Assembly: GCA_030141605.1 (NCBI GenBank) | Contig: JAQGDQ010000022.1 | Coordinates: 930,001 to 994,000 of the forward strand | Length of the DNA stretch: 64,000 nt | Source of the DNA: Tubiluchus corallicola | Lineage: Eukaryota; Animalia; Priapulida | Direction: 5' to 3' | Shown: piece after piece, positions 12,201 to 24,745 of the stretch | How positions within the stretch are numbered: the stretch's first letter is position 1 | Layout: each line of letters starts with the position of its first letter | Program-made: the position numbers and the translations under genes | Notes under the pieces: model-generated | Seen by the model: only the letters and a program-made list of their open reading frames with translations | Database searches by the model: none | Told to the model about the DNA's origin: nothing

Positions 12201-15200
12201 TGTACCTTAAGATCCTTTCACTGACTTTATAACATACTAACAGAGCAATTATTTTCTATGTAATCGTTATTTCATGGTTTCGTTGCCTGCAACCAAGCAA
12301 GTTACATGCTTCTTTAAAATGTCTGTTTTAAATGAAACTGAACTTATCATTTTTCAGCTGGAAAATAAGCAAAGGACACCACAGAATGCTATAAGTCATT
12401 CGATGTTTCCCCGATTTGAACCGCCACCTCGACGTACCAGCACTCTAGGCGATAAGTTCTCCAGGTAAAATTCATGATACCAGAATAATCTCATTAACTA
12501 ATATTATTGATGAATCATGAAATTTTTGTTTCGGGTTACATAAAAAAATTTCAATATGACCAATGGTAATATTGAAGATAAGAAATTGTTGCATGAATAA
12601 ATGCGCAGGTGCAAAAGCATGTAAAAAATAACCACTGCTGCTAAAGAAGTTGCATCTGGATTAGACTTTTTATCTTGTAAACTTTGGATATTTTTAAATC
12701 AGTTATAAATTTAATAAATAGTTGTACAGGGGGCCCTGCTTAATAGACTCAATCGCTTAATTGATTGAAAATTCCTGGAAGCTAAACATTTAATCACTTG
12801 CTTAGTCATTTGCATTTGAAGGTCTGGCTGCCTTTGCCAGAAAGTTTAATCAGTTAGTTGTTGCTGTTATGGTGGGGACACAGCTACAGGTACAGTACAG
12901 TATGTCACGATAGTAAACGGGATCTTAGACGAAACTACAGGCAAAGCTGCAGGGAAACACGGGCATCACAAACAGTTTAAGCATGCCAAGTACTACGTAT
13001 TTTACGAGAATTTGTGCATCATACAACAACAGATTTTCAATGTTTTTATCATTATGAGAACTTTGTGAGCCAACTTCTTCGCAATAAAATGAAGTAGCAG
13101 ACTTTGAAGAAATTTTTGTAATTTTTGCAAATAAACAGGCTTGTCTGATTTAGAAAAGTATACTTCTTAATTTATTGCTAATTCACTTATATAAATTAAT
13201 TTTTTAAAATATTTTTTCTAATTTTTAACTGCACAAAGGAATTTAGCCATTACTCCATTTCTAAAATTCATTAAAAAACTTTGCAGTGCATAGTAAGTGT
13301 TATATTGTGATGGTAACAGATGCATCTGAAATGGCAGTTGCTGCTACATTAAATCAAGCTGGAAGACCAGTGGCCTTTTATTCTAGGACACTAAATCATT
13401 CAGAAAGAAGCCTGTGCTATAGTAGAATCATTGGAGCGATGGCGACATCTTCTAATGGGGCGACACTTCACCTTAGTGACAGATCAAAGATTAGTATCAT
13501 TCATGTTTGATCAAAAGCAGAAAAGTAAAGTAAAGAATGATAAAATTCAGAGATGGCGGCGGGTACAGTTAACAGGATTTAGCTATGATATTAGATACAG
13601 ACCGGGTAAAAATAATGAAACCCCAGATGCGAAACTACCTTTTCAGATTTGAATTATTTAAAAACTTAGCATGAGGCTTTATGTCACCCAGGAGCTACTA
13701 GGCTGTACCATTTTGTGAGAACCAAAAATTTACCATATACTTTGGATGAAATTCGTAAAATCACTTTTCAGTGTCCAGCATATTGTAATTTGAAACCTAG
13801 ATTCGTGAAGCCTGCACGAGCAACTCTTATTAAAGCTGTGCGGCCAATGGAAAGGTTGAACATTGGCTTTAAAGATCCTTTGCACAGTAGCACCTCAAAC
13901 AAATATTTTCTAACTGTGTCTAGAATTCACAGTTCAGAATTTCTGCACTCCAGGGGAATTGCAACTAGCCGCACAACTCCATATAATCCACGTGGTAATG
14001 GGCAATGTGAAAAATACAATGGAATAATATGGAATAATACAGTTAGCACTGGTATCCAAGAATTTAGACATCAAAGCTTGGGAGATTGTTTTGCCAGAAG
14101 CATTACATGCAATTCGGTCATTCCTGTGTACGTCCACTAATGCCACTCCGCATGAATTGTTTTTTAATTTTGCTCGCAGATCAGCTAGTGGAGGTTCGGT
14201 GCCCAGCTGGCTCACTTCTCCTGGACCTGTACTGTTAAGACGATTTGTTAGAACCTGCAAGTCTGATCCTCTAGTGGATATGATAGATTTAATTGAAGCA
14301 AATCCCCAATATGCACATATACGATATCGTGATGGCCGGGAAAGCACTGTATCTATTAAAGACTTAGCACCATGTGCAAAGGTTGATGAAAGTGGCAGGG
14401 CAGTGATAGATGAAAAGAATCAAGTACCTCAAAGAAAACTGGTCATGGTACCTGTGAATTCCCATAACATTGTAGACACAGAAACAGTCTCAAATGTATA
14501 CACTTAATACAAAGATGGATGGAGTTCTCGCTATTGGGAAGGAAGAGATTACAGAAATTGCACATGACAGTGAAGAAGTAGATTCTGTTAGGAAGTCTCC
14601 TAGAGCAAATAAAGGGAAGATGCCAGCACGCTGTTGTGATTAATTGTAGTGAATTGAATTGGATGTAACTTTATCTTGAATTCTTGCTAATTTTAGAATT
14701 CATATGCATTCGACATTATATTCAGTGAATTAGTATACTGCTTGTCAAGTCCCTTTTATATAGGTATCTTAAACTAACTGTACTAAATTTTGTTTTGTTT
14801 CCGAGTTAATACTGTTAACTTTGAACTGTTTGTCTGGTTCAATTTGATAACACTTATAATTGATATTGTACCATCAAATGTTTCCAAATTCTTAGGAGGG
14901 AAGAATGTTATAATGTTGAGTTAATAATTAACATCTATGCCTGTTACAACACTTTGGTTTGGCGTTCTTTTAGGCAGTGCACATTAACTTGTAATTGGAA
15001 TGGTGCTGCTTTTTAAATTGGAATTGCCATAATTCCAATCACTTACTCTTTTATTTATGGTTATAACAGTAAGCTGGTGACTCATACTATACCAGTAATT
15101 ACAACACCTATTGGTTAATACGTTCAGTTGGTTAATTGGGTCAAAACACTTCGTCCCAAAGTGACTCTGTTAAGCGGCGCCTACTGTATTTGTGTGTTAT

Positions 15201-18200
15201 TTATAACAATTATTCTGCTGTCTGCTTCTTATTTTTCTGAAGGAAATCCGCAGATAAGTAGTTAAACATATATCCAAGTACTCTCTTTTCTTGCCTATGA
15301 ACCATTTTCAGGCGTCTTTTCTTTCTTATACTGTCAATGCAACCAGCACTAACAGCAACAGCAAGCTTACTACTAATAGTGAATGCTTATAGCAGGATCG
15401 GAATCCAACTTGCTGCCAAGCATAATCCTCTGAGATGAGATAATAAAAATTGACTGCAGCATCTTGGCTTTGTTTGGACGTTAATACATCCTGCCTTTGT
15501 GTGAGAAGCAGTTGAGGAAGTATTGAAGTAGAAGCAGTCTTCCAGAGGCAATCTGCCATTCATCCAATTATTAGCCAGTCTTAGTACTGTGATTTTCATA
15601 GTGAATCACACACTATAAACCGTTTTGCTGTTTCAGTTGCCTTGAAAGGATCCTCGGTCTAATAAATTTTATAAATTAAATACAGTAAACTCCGCATAAC
15701 TCAAATCCAACCGGACCGAAAAAACTTTAAGTTAGGCGATGTTGACCATTTTCCAGCTTAGAAACTTTAGAGTCCTGTAGACGGCGAGCTAATTTGAAAG
15801 CAGAAAGTCAACCCTTCTATGCATAAACAACGACATTTGATGACAGTTACATAAAGAGTAATTTATATAAAGAGTGAAACGCGGTTTTTTTAATGTTACA
15901 AAAGGACACGTACACAACTCTGCTAAACAATATGACAGTGGGGACCAATGTCTTACGTACTGTAGTTCACTTAGTGCGCTACTCACTTATTTACACACTG
16001 TCCGTCAAGTATTCAGTTGTCTTCGTTTACACCAAGTCCTGTGGACCAAAGAACTTTCTGTCGAAACCAAGTGATTTGTGCCTTATCGACATAAGGGTGG
16101 GTAATGGCACATATCCATTTTGCGGCATGTACACTGACCCACTTATCTTCACATGAGCAAACACTGGTTCACTTTGTTTCCTTTTCGACATTATTGTGTT
16201 TCAGCCCGAGACAATAATAAGTGTAAGACAGTTGAATTCGAACAGACAATGACGTTAGAATGACTGTTTTCAGTTCACCGACTGGGGTTTCCCAGAAAGA
16301 TCAATCCCGGAGAAAATAATCGGGGCACAACTTGTAAGTCGCCAGAATTTTCCCGGAAGACGATACTGTTTTTGTACTGTACGAAACTATTTTTCTAGAG
16401 TATAAATTGCATTTTTGAATTAGGCGAAGTAAATTACATTTATTTTGATTAAATGAATCATAATTTTTTATTTGATTTAGGCAAAATTTTGAATTATATA
16501 TTTTGAGTTAAGTGATGTTTTTGTGGGAAAAAGAAGGAGTTTATCTGTTCTGTTGAAATTTTTTGAGTTAGGCGAAAATTTGTGTTATGTGATTTTGAGT
16601 TACTTGGAGTTTACTGTATATACTAATGTTTTACCAAGCATTAGATTAAATGAAATGATGTTAAAATGAAAATGAATATGCAGTTTTAGAAGCACATTTA
16701 TATATGACGGAAACCTGTGTCTTATATTTTTTAGACAAAGTATTGCCTAAAAATTTTCTGTATTCGTTTGAGATTCGGTACTCTTTTTTATACTTTCTTG
16801 ATATGGTGAAGAAATTCTTGTCGGAAATTATAAATTAACACTTCTTTCCAAAATTTTTTTATATTCTTTTACAGAGACAGATCAAATTAAACAAGTGTAC
16901 GTTAACATTCCAGAAAAAATACCCATCAATAAACAAATGAGGATTACGAGCTTGCACATCATTAAGCTGAAATAGCAATTTTTTGAGACAATTTATTTTC
17001 TAGGATTAAATGAATTAATGACTCTCGGTTTATTTATGATGTAAAGAAGACCTTGCTGCTAAAATTTCAATGTTATATATATTTATATTAATTAGTATTT
17101 TATTAATATTTTCTTATTTTAAGGGATGTTATGACTTGTCAGCTGATGGAGCATCCGCAAGTTGTTCACTTCAGCGTGTTGCCACACATATATACAACTC
17201 CCATCCTGTGTAAGCTTACCTTTCATTCTTAACTGCAAGTTGCCTTTGAGACAAACTATCACGTTTCGCTTTCTCACCCTTTTCATTCTCTTTTTTCCAG
17301 GAAGCAAAGGTTTCTCCTTGTTCAACACCTTAAGTAATTTTAAAATAAATTTTTGCATTACTGTTACATGACAACCTGTATTTTTCTCAACTGACTAGGT
17401 AAACAGTACACATTGTAATTTATTCTGGCACTTGTTATGAGGCTGGTAAAACATGCATGTAACAAAGAGCAGTCGTGAAAAACCAAATCTGTGACTTCAA
17501 CCAAGCTTTTCTGTAGTGCAGCGCTAGCACTTGGAGTATAACTCTACTCTATAGTCAGCATGGAAAGAATACACTAGAAAATCAATATTCAGCCAGGACT
17601 AAACAAGGAGGCACAAAATTGAAATTCTGGCAAACAATTTTTTCGCCTCACCACTTTTTTTTGAATTTAAACCTTTATTTCAAAATTTCATCAATACAAA
17701 AGCAGTAGGTAAAACACACAAAATACAAGTTATAGCTTTATACAAAAATTAGCGCTACTATATACAGCACATACAATTTTTCTTTCTTTGCTAATATTTC
17801 TTTCCATAACAGCCAGCATTTCCTTCTCAGAATGCATATATATGTATATATTAATAACTGGTGATGTCTCTATTGAGAGAAATGTGTGTCGTAATGTTCA
17901 GGCGGAGCCAGATATTCAACTTAAATAATGTATTTGCTGTTTCAGACAATGTCAAAAATCCTCATCCACCTGAACAGTTTGTGCCAAGTGCATTGTTTGT
18001 AAACACTGTCATGGCCGGGTTAGTATTATATATTGCCTTAATAATTTCTTTTCATTTCATATATTGAAGTGTAGCATTTTCAGAAGTGTTTTATACATCG
18101 AAAAGTCGTCAACGCAAAGCAACAATTAACAATCGAGAACTTAGCAACAAATTTCTTTTTCTGCAGTGGCAATTCTAGGTAGTTTTATCTGCCAATATTG

Positions 18201-18856
18201 CCTGTTGGCATTTACATCATTACGAGGCATGAACATCTGAATATGGTTGAGACACCTCTGCAAAGGATTATCTTTGATAATGAGAAATTCTGGTGCCATT
18301 ACGACAGTATACAATGAGTAGGCCCTGTCATTAAATGCTGAGTATCAGTTTACAGAATGCTGAACTGAAAATAAAAAATGACATTTTTCAAACAGTATCC
18401 TTGCGAACTGCAAAGTTAGCTTTTTCATTGTCACAGGTACCACAAGCTGCGGAAAAGATATGCTAGTTTAGACAGCAGAAATGCCAGGCTGAAGTGGTTG
18501 GAAGATCGAGTGTTCAAACGTGATTTTGAGGCTGAGCCGGTACACAGATTGTTAACTATAAATTCTGCAGCCATTTACACTTAAATGTCACCTTAAACGT
18601 TTTTACACGTGGCTTTAGTTAAAACAGTTTTTCATAACTCAAAATTTTTTTATTTGTAATTTTCAATAATAAAACAAAAATTATGTAGCGAGTTAATATC
18701 TAGCTAATTATTTTCCAAGAGCTCTCTGTTAACATTTAAAATTTTTACAATGTGAAGCTGCATTTACTTTGCAGACTGTGCATTATGAAGAAGAAGAGGA
18801 AGAAACTGAATCACCAGCTGACACAGCCTTCTTAGAATTGCTGTTGAAAGCTCCAG
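9203..18856 (+). CDS. C2CD6: C2CD6/ALS2CR11 (CatSper-tau)-like C2-domain protein, 3' end unresolved. Exons: 9203-9422, 10383-10516, 11281-11403, 11597-11710, 12358-12464, 17124-17209, 17946-18018, 18437-18539, 18775-18856
   Basis: Nine phase-compatible exons give 347 open codons. Motifs GVIAIHFK, VYLRIKVG, IEICFAYGSFGYGYSNQL and SMFPRFEPPPRRT match my recollection of the C2CD6 N-terminal domain (GILAVHIK, LFIRISIN, EFMFSYGNFGYGFSHQL, SMFMNLAPPPERT). Candidate later exons 20915-20981 and 21944-22054 (PRLPSRAA...VKKYTD*) could not be joined confidently. Confidence 0.78.
9423..10382 (+). other. Putative U12-type (minor spliceosome) GT-AG intron
   Basis: Donor GTATCTTT; branch-like TTGACTTAAC at 10356-10365, with the A about 18 nt before the 3' end; no polypyrimidine tract (ATAAAAACCTAG); splicing restores the frame (SYDHL FAHPS). 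Confidence 0.7.
9683..9738. repeat. (GT)n/(GTGC)n microsatellite
   Basis: Directly visible. Confidence 0.85.
10580..11055. repeat. Degenerate trinucleotide low-complexity tract (GTT/GCT/CAT)
   Basis: Directly visible; accounts for the spurious Cys/Leu-rich ORFs at 10581 and 10775. Confidence 0.85.
12727..15186. mobile_element. Non-autonomous pogo/Tc1-mariner-type DNA element hosting a gypsy insertion
   Basis: Imperfect TIRs CAGGGGGCCCTGCTTAATAGACTCA / (rc) CAGTAGGCGCCGCTTAACAGAGTCA, each flanked by TA. Confidence 0.55.
13300..15106 (+). mobile_element. Second Ty3/gypsy fragment: RNase H and integrase relic, PPT, 3' LTR (14906 to 15068 or 15106)
   Basis: RNase H VTDASEMAVAATLNQAGRPVAFYSRTL, FTLVTDQ, YDIRYRPGKNN; integrase RTTPYNPRGNGQCEKYNG; PPT AGGAGGGAAGAA followed by TGTTATAA, with inverted ends TTATAACA (15068) or ATTACAACA (15106). 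Multiple frameshifts. Confidence 0.85.
15683..16616. mobile_element. pogo/Tc1-type MITE (934 bp)
   Basis: TIRs CAGTAAACTCC-n3-TAACTCAAA at both ends, TA on both flanks, subterminal TTTGAGTTAGGCG-like repeats at 16410-16600. Confidence 0.8.
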
Positions 18857-19599
18857 GTACTGTTACTAACTAAACTTAATACTGATCTTCAAATGCAAGA
18901 AGCATGAATAAATTATATACCGAAATTGAACTAGCACAGATGTAACTGTAAGTCCTGGTCCTAAAAATCAGTTACCATATGAACAATTGCTTTTTACAAA
19001 TAACATTAACACCACTAATTACTATTAACATGCTCTTGTATGAACTGTGAGTAGACTCTGGGTTTGAATCGTGTTGAGTCCACAACTTTTCAGTGCCTCA
19101 TTCATCAATTAAGTAGCCACTAAGCTAATTGTTGCAAGCACGGTATCTTTCTTAATGTGTGCAAACTTGTGTATTAATTTTAACATGTCAGAAATCTTTT
19201 TCTGCTTGAGTTACAGTAGAATTGTGAAAATGTAAAAAATTGATCTCAAGGTATTCTTGCGTCGTTACACTTACAAATGTGCAGTTGGTTGTCAGGGCTT
19301 GTTATTTTTACAAAATGTTCTTCGATTTCACCAAGGCCATTCTTTTACTACTTATACATGAATTTTTTTACATTTAAATTGTTTGTGCACTTTGTGAAAC
19401 ATGTGAAGCCTTGTGCTGATGATTGCTGAACCGAAAATTTTGGTGGATCATTGTCTAACTGTACAGTAGCTTTAAGCTGGGCGTTGAGTTATGAATAGAA
19501 GGTCTAAGTCAATAATATCTGATTCATATTCCAGTCTCTGGGTAGACTCGATAGGATTTTGGGTCTGACCTAGCAGTAATAATTTGTGACATTCATAAA

Positions 19600-20775
19600 A
19601 GACTCAAAAACATCATAGAATGGTGGTTTCTGAATTTTAGAGCTGTTTTTATGACAAAAAATGCCTATCTTCAAGGGGATTGACTTTTTTATTTGCCAGT
19701 GTGCTTCAGCATTACCACACGTGTTGGATGACATACTTCCATTGACTTTCCTGTCCTTTCCTTGGGAACAACTCTTTATTGTTTTGCCAGCTGTCGTGCA
19801 TGTGCTGGCTTTGTCTTGCAAATTTACAACAAAGCTTTACTTCCTCAAACTCAAACATTTGCCATGTGGACCAAACTGTCTTTTTATGGGTCACAAACAG
19901 TGAAGCACTTTTCCACATTTAGCACACTCAGGGATGTTTTTATATCAAACGATGTCTAGTGTTCTGTTTTGGAGAAATACTTTTGAAAAGTACTCACAAT
20001 TACAGCTCCATCAACTAGCTTACCATCAGCATCTGGACTCTCAACATAAGTTGTTATGTTGCTGCATTACACATGATAGAAGATGATATTTAGCAGCACA
20101 TCTAAGCTTGCCATGTTGGGACAGAAGGGAAAAGTGATTCACTCTCATGCAGGAAGCAGTGTGCAGGGTATAGCCTCTTCCTAGCAAGATATTAACAACT
20201 GTGAAAAAAAATGTACAGCTAATTGATGATAAGTGATACAATTTGCTCCTTTTTTGCAGTTTTTACTGATGGGCACTTAAGCAGTAGAAATTGGTTCCTA
20301 AACAAAATACCAAAGAGAAATTTTGTTCATAGATAAGTCAGTCATCTTCAGATTGCCTTGCCTCGTAGATGTCTTTCAAAAACCTTTTTGATACTGTAGT
20401 TTCATTTGATTAAATTGAAGCCAACAGTCTTCAACAGCTCAGAAACATGGTTTATTTGTAGAAGATTTGTACTACTCTTGAACAACTCTCTGAATACTCC
20501 TCCTCCTATTTCCACTACTTATCTGCAATATCTGTGGTGTCAAGTCAAAATAGGTAACTAGTTTCTCCTAGGAATGGATTCCACATTATCTCCAAAGCTT
20601 CAGTTAGTGCTTTCACATCTTTTGTAAATTTAGACTGAGTGCTCTTTGTTTTGCTTATGGTGACACAAGTCAGGCCCTTTGCTTTTTTTATTTTACTTGA
20701 GGTCCAGAGACCATCCACCTAAACAGGTCAACTGAATTCTCAGTGAGGACAACTGTCCCTCCCCCCCTTCATGCT
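19600..20775 (-). mobile_element. Decayed DNA-transposase relic, Academ-like (tentative family)
   Basis: Ordered minus-strand peptide remnants GGGTVVLTENSVDLFRWMVSGPQV, FTKDVKALTEALEIMWNPF, LSQHGKLRCAAKYHLLSC, DGKLVDGAVIV, KKTVWSTWQMF, ELFPRKG resemble a widespread invertebrate transposase family as I recall it; many stops and deletions. Confidence 0.55.
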
Positions 20776-22584
20776 TTAGACATTCTTGCTGATTTTTTTT
20801 GTATGTTATGAACATTAGAGAATGAACAAAGTTCAAGCTTCTAAAGTAAAGCATGTGAGTTTTTCACCATTCTGCTGAACTATAATTTTGCGGCATTTTT
20901 AAAATTCTTGCCAGAAGCACGCCTCACTTGTTGAAAGTCTACCCAAGTTACCTCAAGTGACTATTCTAAAGGGTTCAAGAGGTTTGGTCTGTCAGTCTTA
21001 AATTCCTACCGGACTTTATAGACAGGGCTTACGTATTTGCCTAAAATATTTTAGTAGCTGGACATCACTGCAATTTCTTATGACTGACTGACACGTGAAA
21101 CTTTGTAGATTATGTTGATTAATGTGTTGGATAAACCTACAATTAGTTTACAGTTACAAACTTATACTTGTTCTGGGTCATGTTTTGCTATCTTGTACTT
21201 TATTGTGTATCATTATTGCAGGCATAACAAAAACTAAAACAACAGAGGAATACTGCATACTACCATCAGCAACGGTTTGTATATATTCTGAAGCAATAAT
21301 ATTGAGTACATTATTAATTATTTCATAAACAATTACTTTGTAAACTATGATTTTTATTCTCCATATTGTCATATGCTTCATTCCTAATAGTGTTATAGTA
21401 GTTTTTGCCGATTTTGAGATTTAAATTTTTGAAAATTTTGAAAAGTCCCTTAGATTTGTTCTGTTCTGTACTGTTTCTCTATTATTATCTCATATTGAAA
21501 TGAGTGCATTGGAAATGCTGTAACTCACTTAATTTTCTAGTCTAGGACCATAATTTAGAAATAGTGTTTGGAGGTAAAGTAAAGGATCAAGGACCACAAT
21601 TCCTGGCTGATAGGAAATTTAAAAGTCAACTGCCTCTGTTATCTTCATAGTAGATAAAACACTGACAGCAGAAAAAGAAAAACGTACAATTTATTGAAGA
21701 CCACTAAGATTTTTTTTAAATCACCCAGAGTAAGCTAATACTACTTTCATAGTTTGTCTGAAGAAGCTTGTTGTGTATTACATTATCAAAAATGCTCCGG
21801 TTAATGTACAGTACATAGCTGCCAGGGGGGCTTGACGCTCAAAATAGTTCATGCTAGCAAATCTGGAGGTTGATCTTACATAAGTTTAGATAGGGTATTA
21901 TTTTTGTTCAACTTATAGAAATAATTTTTAAATGTTGTTTTAGCCTAGGTTACCGAGTCGTGCTGCATCAGCAGCCCAGCCCAAAATTTCTTACTGGGCA
22001 AGATTGCGTGCTATCTTCAATCCAATTCGACTTGTCAAGAAGTACACGGATTAAGGCAGTTCATTATATCAATACTGTCATTGAAAATAGCTGGTTTTGT
22101 GCCAAAGAGGGTGGAAAAAAGTTTGTTTTTGAAGTTCTGATTGTTGGATTCTTTTCTTTCTAGATTTTATGGAGCTTAATAGTTTATTGATTTTTAATTT
22201 ACGGTTGCCACTTTTTAATGTTTAGACATTTGTATTGCAAATTATATTTTTGGTATATTTTTAAAATTTTCGATATGTGATGCCGTATTTATAATTTAGT
22301 GGTATATTTTACTATTTAAAAGTTGTTAATTTTACACATGTTACTTTGTTGTTCCTATACACGCACCTTCACAATGCCAGATTTACATTTTATTATATTG
22401 CCATGCTAACTAATTAATTATTATACAATTTTGAAATCATAATTAATTTATATAAAAATGTGTGATGACCGTCTTGCAATTTTGTGCATCAATGGTTTAT
22501 TGAATCAGTCTCTTAAATTCTTTGTCAATTTACATTCTTCATAGCTAAAAGTTAGTCAAGTGACAGAATTCAAGGTAGACACCC

Positions 22585-22766
22585 ATGCAATTAGTGCAAT
22601 TTAACTGCAATTTCTGTGCACAATTTTTGAATAAATTATTAGTGGTTTACTGCAGAACAATATCCAGCAATATACATGATCTTTGTAAGACACTAAGACT
22701 GCTTTTTACTGGTCATTCGAAAATCTTTGAAGTTAATTCGATTCGAATGTTCGATGCTCACTCCTA
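22585..22766 (-). mobile_element. Partial copy of the TAGGGGTGAGCAT hAT MITE
   Basis: Direct homology to 22943-23085; ends in the TIR ATGCTCACTCCTA. Confidence 0.75.
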
Positions 22767-22798
22767 CTGATTACTGACCATAAAGATAGTATGATGAT

Positions 22799-23140
22799 TA
22801 GGGGTGAGCATCGAACGTTCGAATAGAATTTTATTCGAACGGGTTTTTTAGTTCGGGTTCGATTCGAACCTAAAATTATAAATTCAAATAATTCAGTACT
22901 TTGGCCGCATACATTCTTTATCATTAAAACGTTTGAAACTTCATGCAATTAGCACAATTTAGCTGTGATTTCTGTGTACAATTTTTAAATAAATTATTAG
23001 TGATTTACTGCAGAACAAAATCGAATAGTATGCATAATCCCTGTAAGACCGCTTTTTACTGGTGGTTCGAAAATCTTTCAATCTCAATTCTGAATCGTTT
23101 CGTTTCGAATTCGCTTTCTGGTAGAAAATGCTCACACCTA
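22799..23140 (-). mobile_element. Full-length hAT-type MITE (342 bp)
   Basis: TIRs TAGGGGTGAGCAT / ATGCTCACACCTA; 8-bp target duplication ATGATGAT / ATGGTGAT (7 of 8 match). Confidence 0.85.
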
Positions 23141-23149
23141 ATGGTGATG

Positions 23150-23300
23150 ACTGATAAAGCGAGTCATCGTCGTCGGCCGGATTTTGCACTGTTTTTCATA
23201 TTGAAGATTTGTCGTACTGCCATTACTGATGTCGTGTTGTGTTTTCCGAAAATTGCACCTATGTGCTGGCTGTAGACTATTTGTGTTTTATGCACTGCTG
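23150..23300 (+). promoter_or_regulatory. Candidate DYM promoter / non-coding first exon
   Basis: Local CpG cluster upstream of the DYM ATG exon, ending at a plausible donor CTG|GTAGGA (23301). Inference. Confidence 0.35.
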
Positions 23301-24059
23301 GTAGGAATTGAAAGTCCGTTAAATAATAATTATGTCTGCTACGTCATAATGTAAAAAGAAATTTAAAAAAGTGTATACTTTATTCTTAGATAGATAATTT
23401 TTATTTGTCTCTTGTAATACACGCAAAAAACAACTACATAACAAAAACAAATTGTTAGTATTAGGGAAAGGGTGGCAAAAAAACGTAGAGGTTAGCAAAT
23501 CAGTCACCCTTTTAATTAAAGGTATAATAAGAATATCTAGTGACGAAATAAGCATGCAATGAGAAAATCAAACTGAAATAACACTATAAAAAGGCACTAT
23601 AATTTAAACAAATAAGCAGATTGGTTGAAAACGAAATCATAAACAAAGCAATAACTTGCAAATTAAAAGCATAAACTGCTGTGTTTAAGCATAAAGTAGC
23701 TGCAACCTAAGTAATTGTGCTGTGGAGAAAAAAACAACAAAAAATAAACGGTTAAGGCGGCAAAAAAATAAGAACATGATAGTAAGAACAGCATGCTACT
23801 AATATAATTTATTGACCAAAAATTGTGCATGCAGGCATAGCAACATTACTTTCCTGATAGCCTTTATCATTAGAGTAGATTTTTCTCTAGATAAATAATA
23901 ACTTTTGTAAGTGATTAGCCATTTTTAGGCTATCTGAAAAGTCTTGTTGAATACCTTTTGTATGAGTACATGTTCATTCTCTTCTACGTGATTTCTTTAT
24001 CTGTTTATGCACAAGACTGAAAAAACATGAAAAATTATTGTAATTGTGCATTATATAGC

Positions 24060-24745
24060 ATTCATAACTAAGACTATATGCACCAATAAGAATTGAGCTG
24101 TATTTAGATACCATATTAATTAGAGAACCCTTAGTAATGTTTACTGGTAATGAATTAAATACTTTAGCACCTTGATATTTTAATGACTGTTGTTGTCCTT
24201 TAGTGGTATTGAATCTTTCAACAAAAAATAAATTTTTTGAGACTGACCTGGTGAAATGGCTACGAATTTTCGAATACAGGTGTATAATAACGAGAGAAAA
24301 GGTTCGGTAACATATTTCTAAATTCACACGCAAATTTTACTAACTCTAATTTATAAATATTGGATAATTTTGACAATCTTAGAATAATGTAAGAAGGTGT
24401 GGCATTGTCTCGTTTTTTCGAAAAAGTAATTAATTTTACAATGGAACTTTGAAGAATTGTTAGAGGTCTGAGAGTACTTGCTAGAGCACAGCCCCAGCTG
24501 AGTATGCAATATTAAAGGTAAGTATAAGCCATAGTGTAATAAATGAGTTTCATAGTGGATGTATCTATATAATAACGTATTTTCGGTAATATACCTTTTA
24601 TTTTACTGATCTTGTGAGTGATGTGTTTGACTTGTGCAGACCAGGACAGATTGTCATCAATAAGCAGTCCCAAGTACTTTATAGCCTTAACTTACAGACT
24701 TAACTTGAATTCGATGGTATTGCTAAGATTTAAATTTGCCAAGAC
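24060..24745 (-). mobile_element. 5'-truncated non-LTR retrotransposon (CR1/L2 group) ORF2 C-terminal relic
   Basis: KYLGLLIDDNLSWSAQVKHITHKISK, YCILSWG and SLKYQGAKVFNSLP are typical post-RT ORF2 motifs; the frame is disrupted. Confidence 0.75.
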
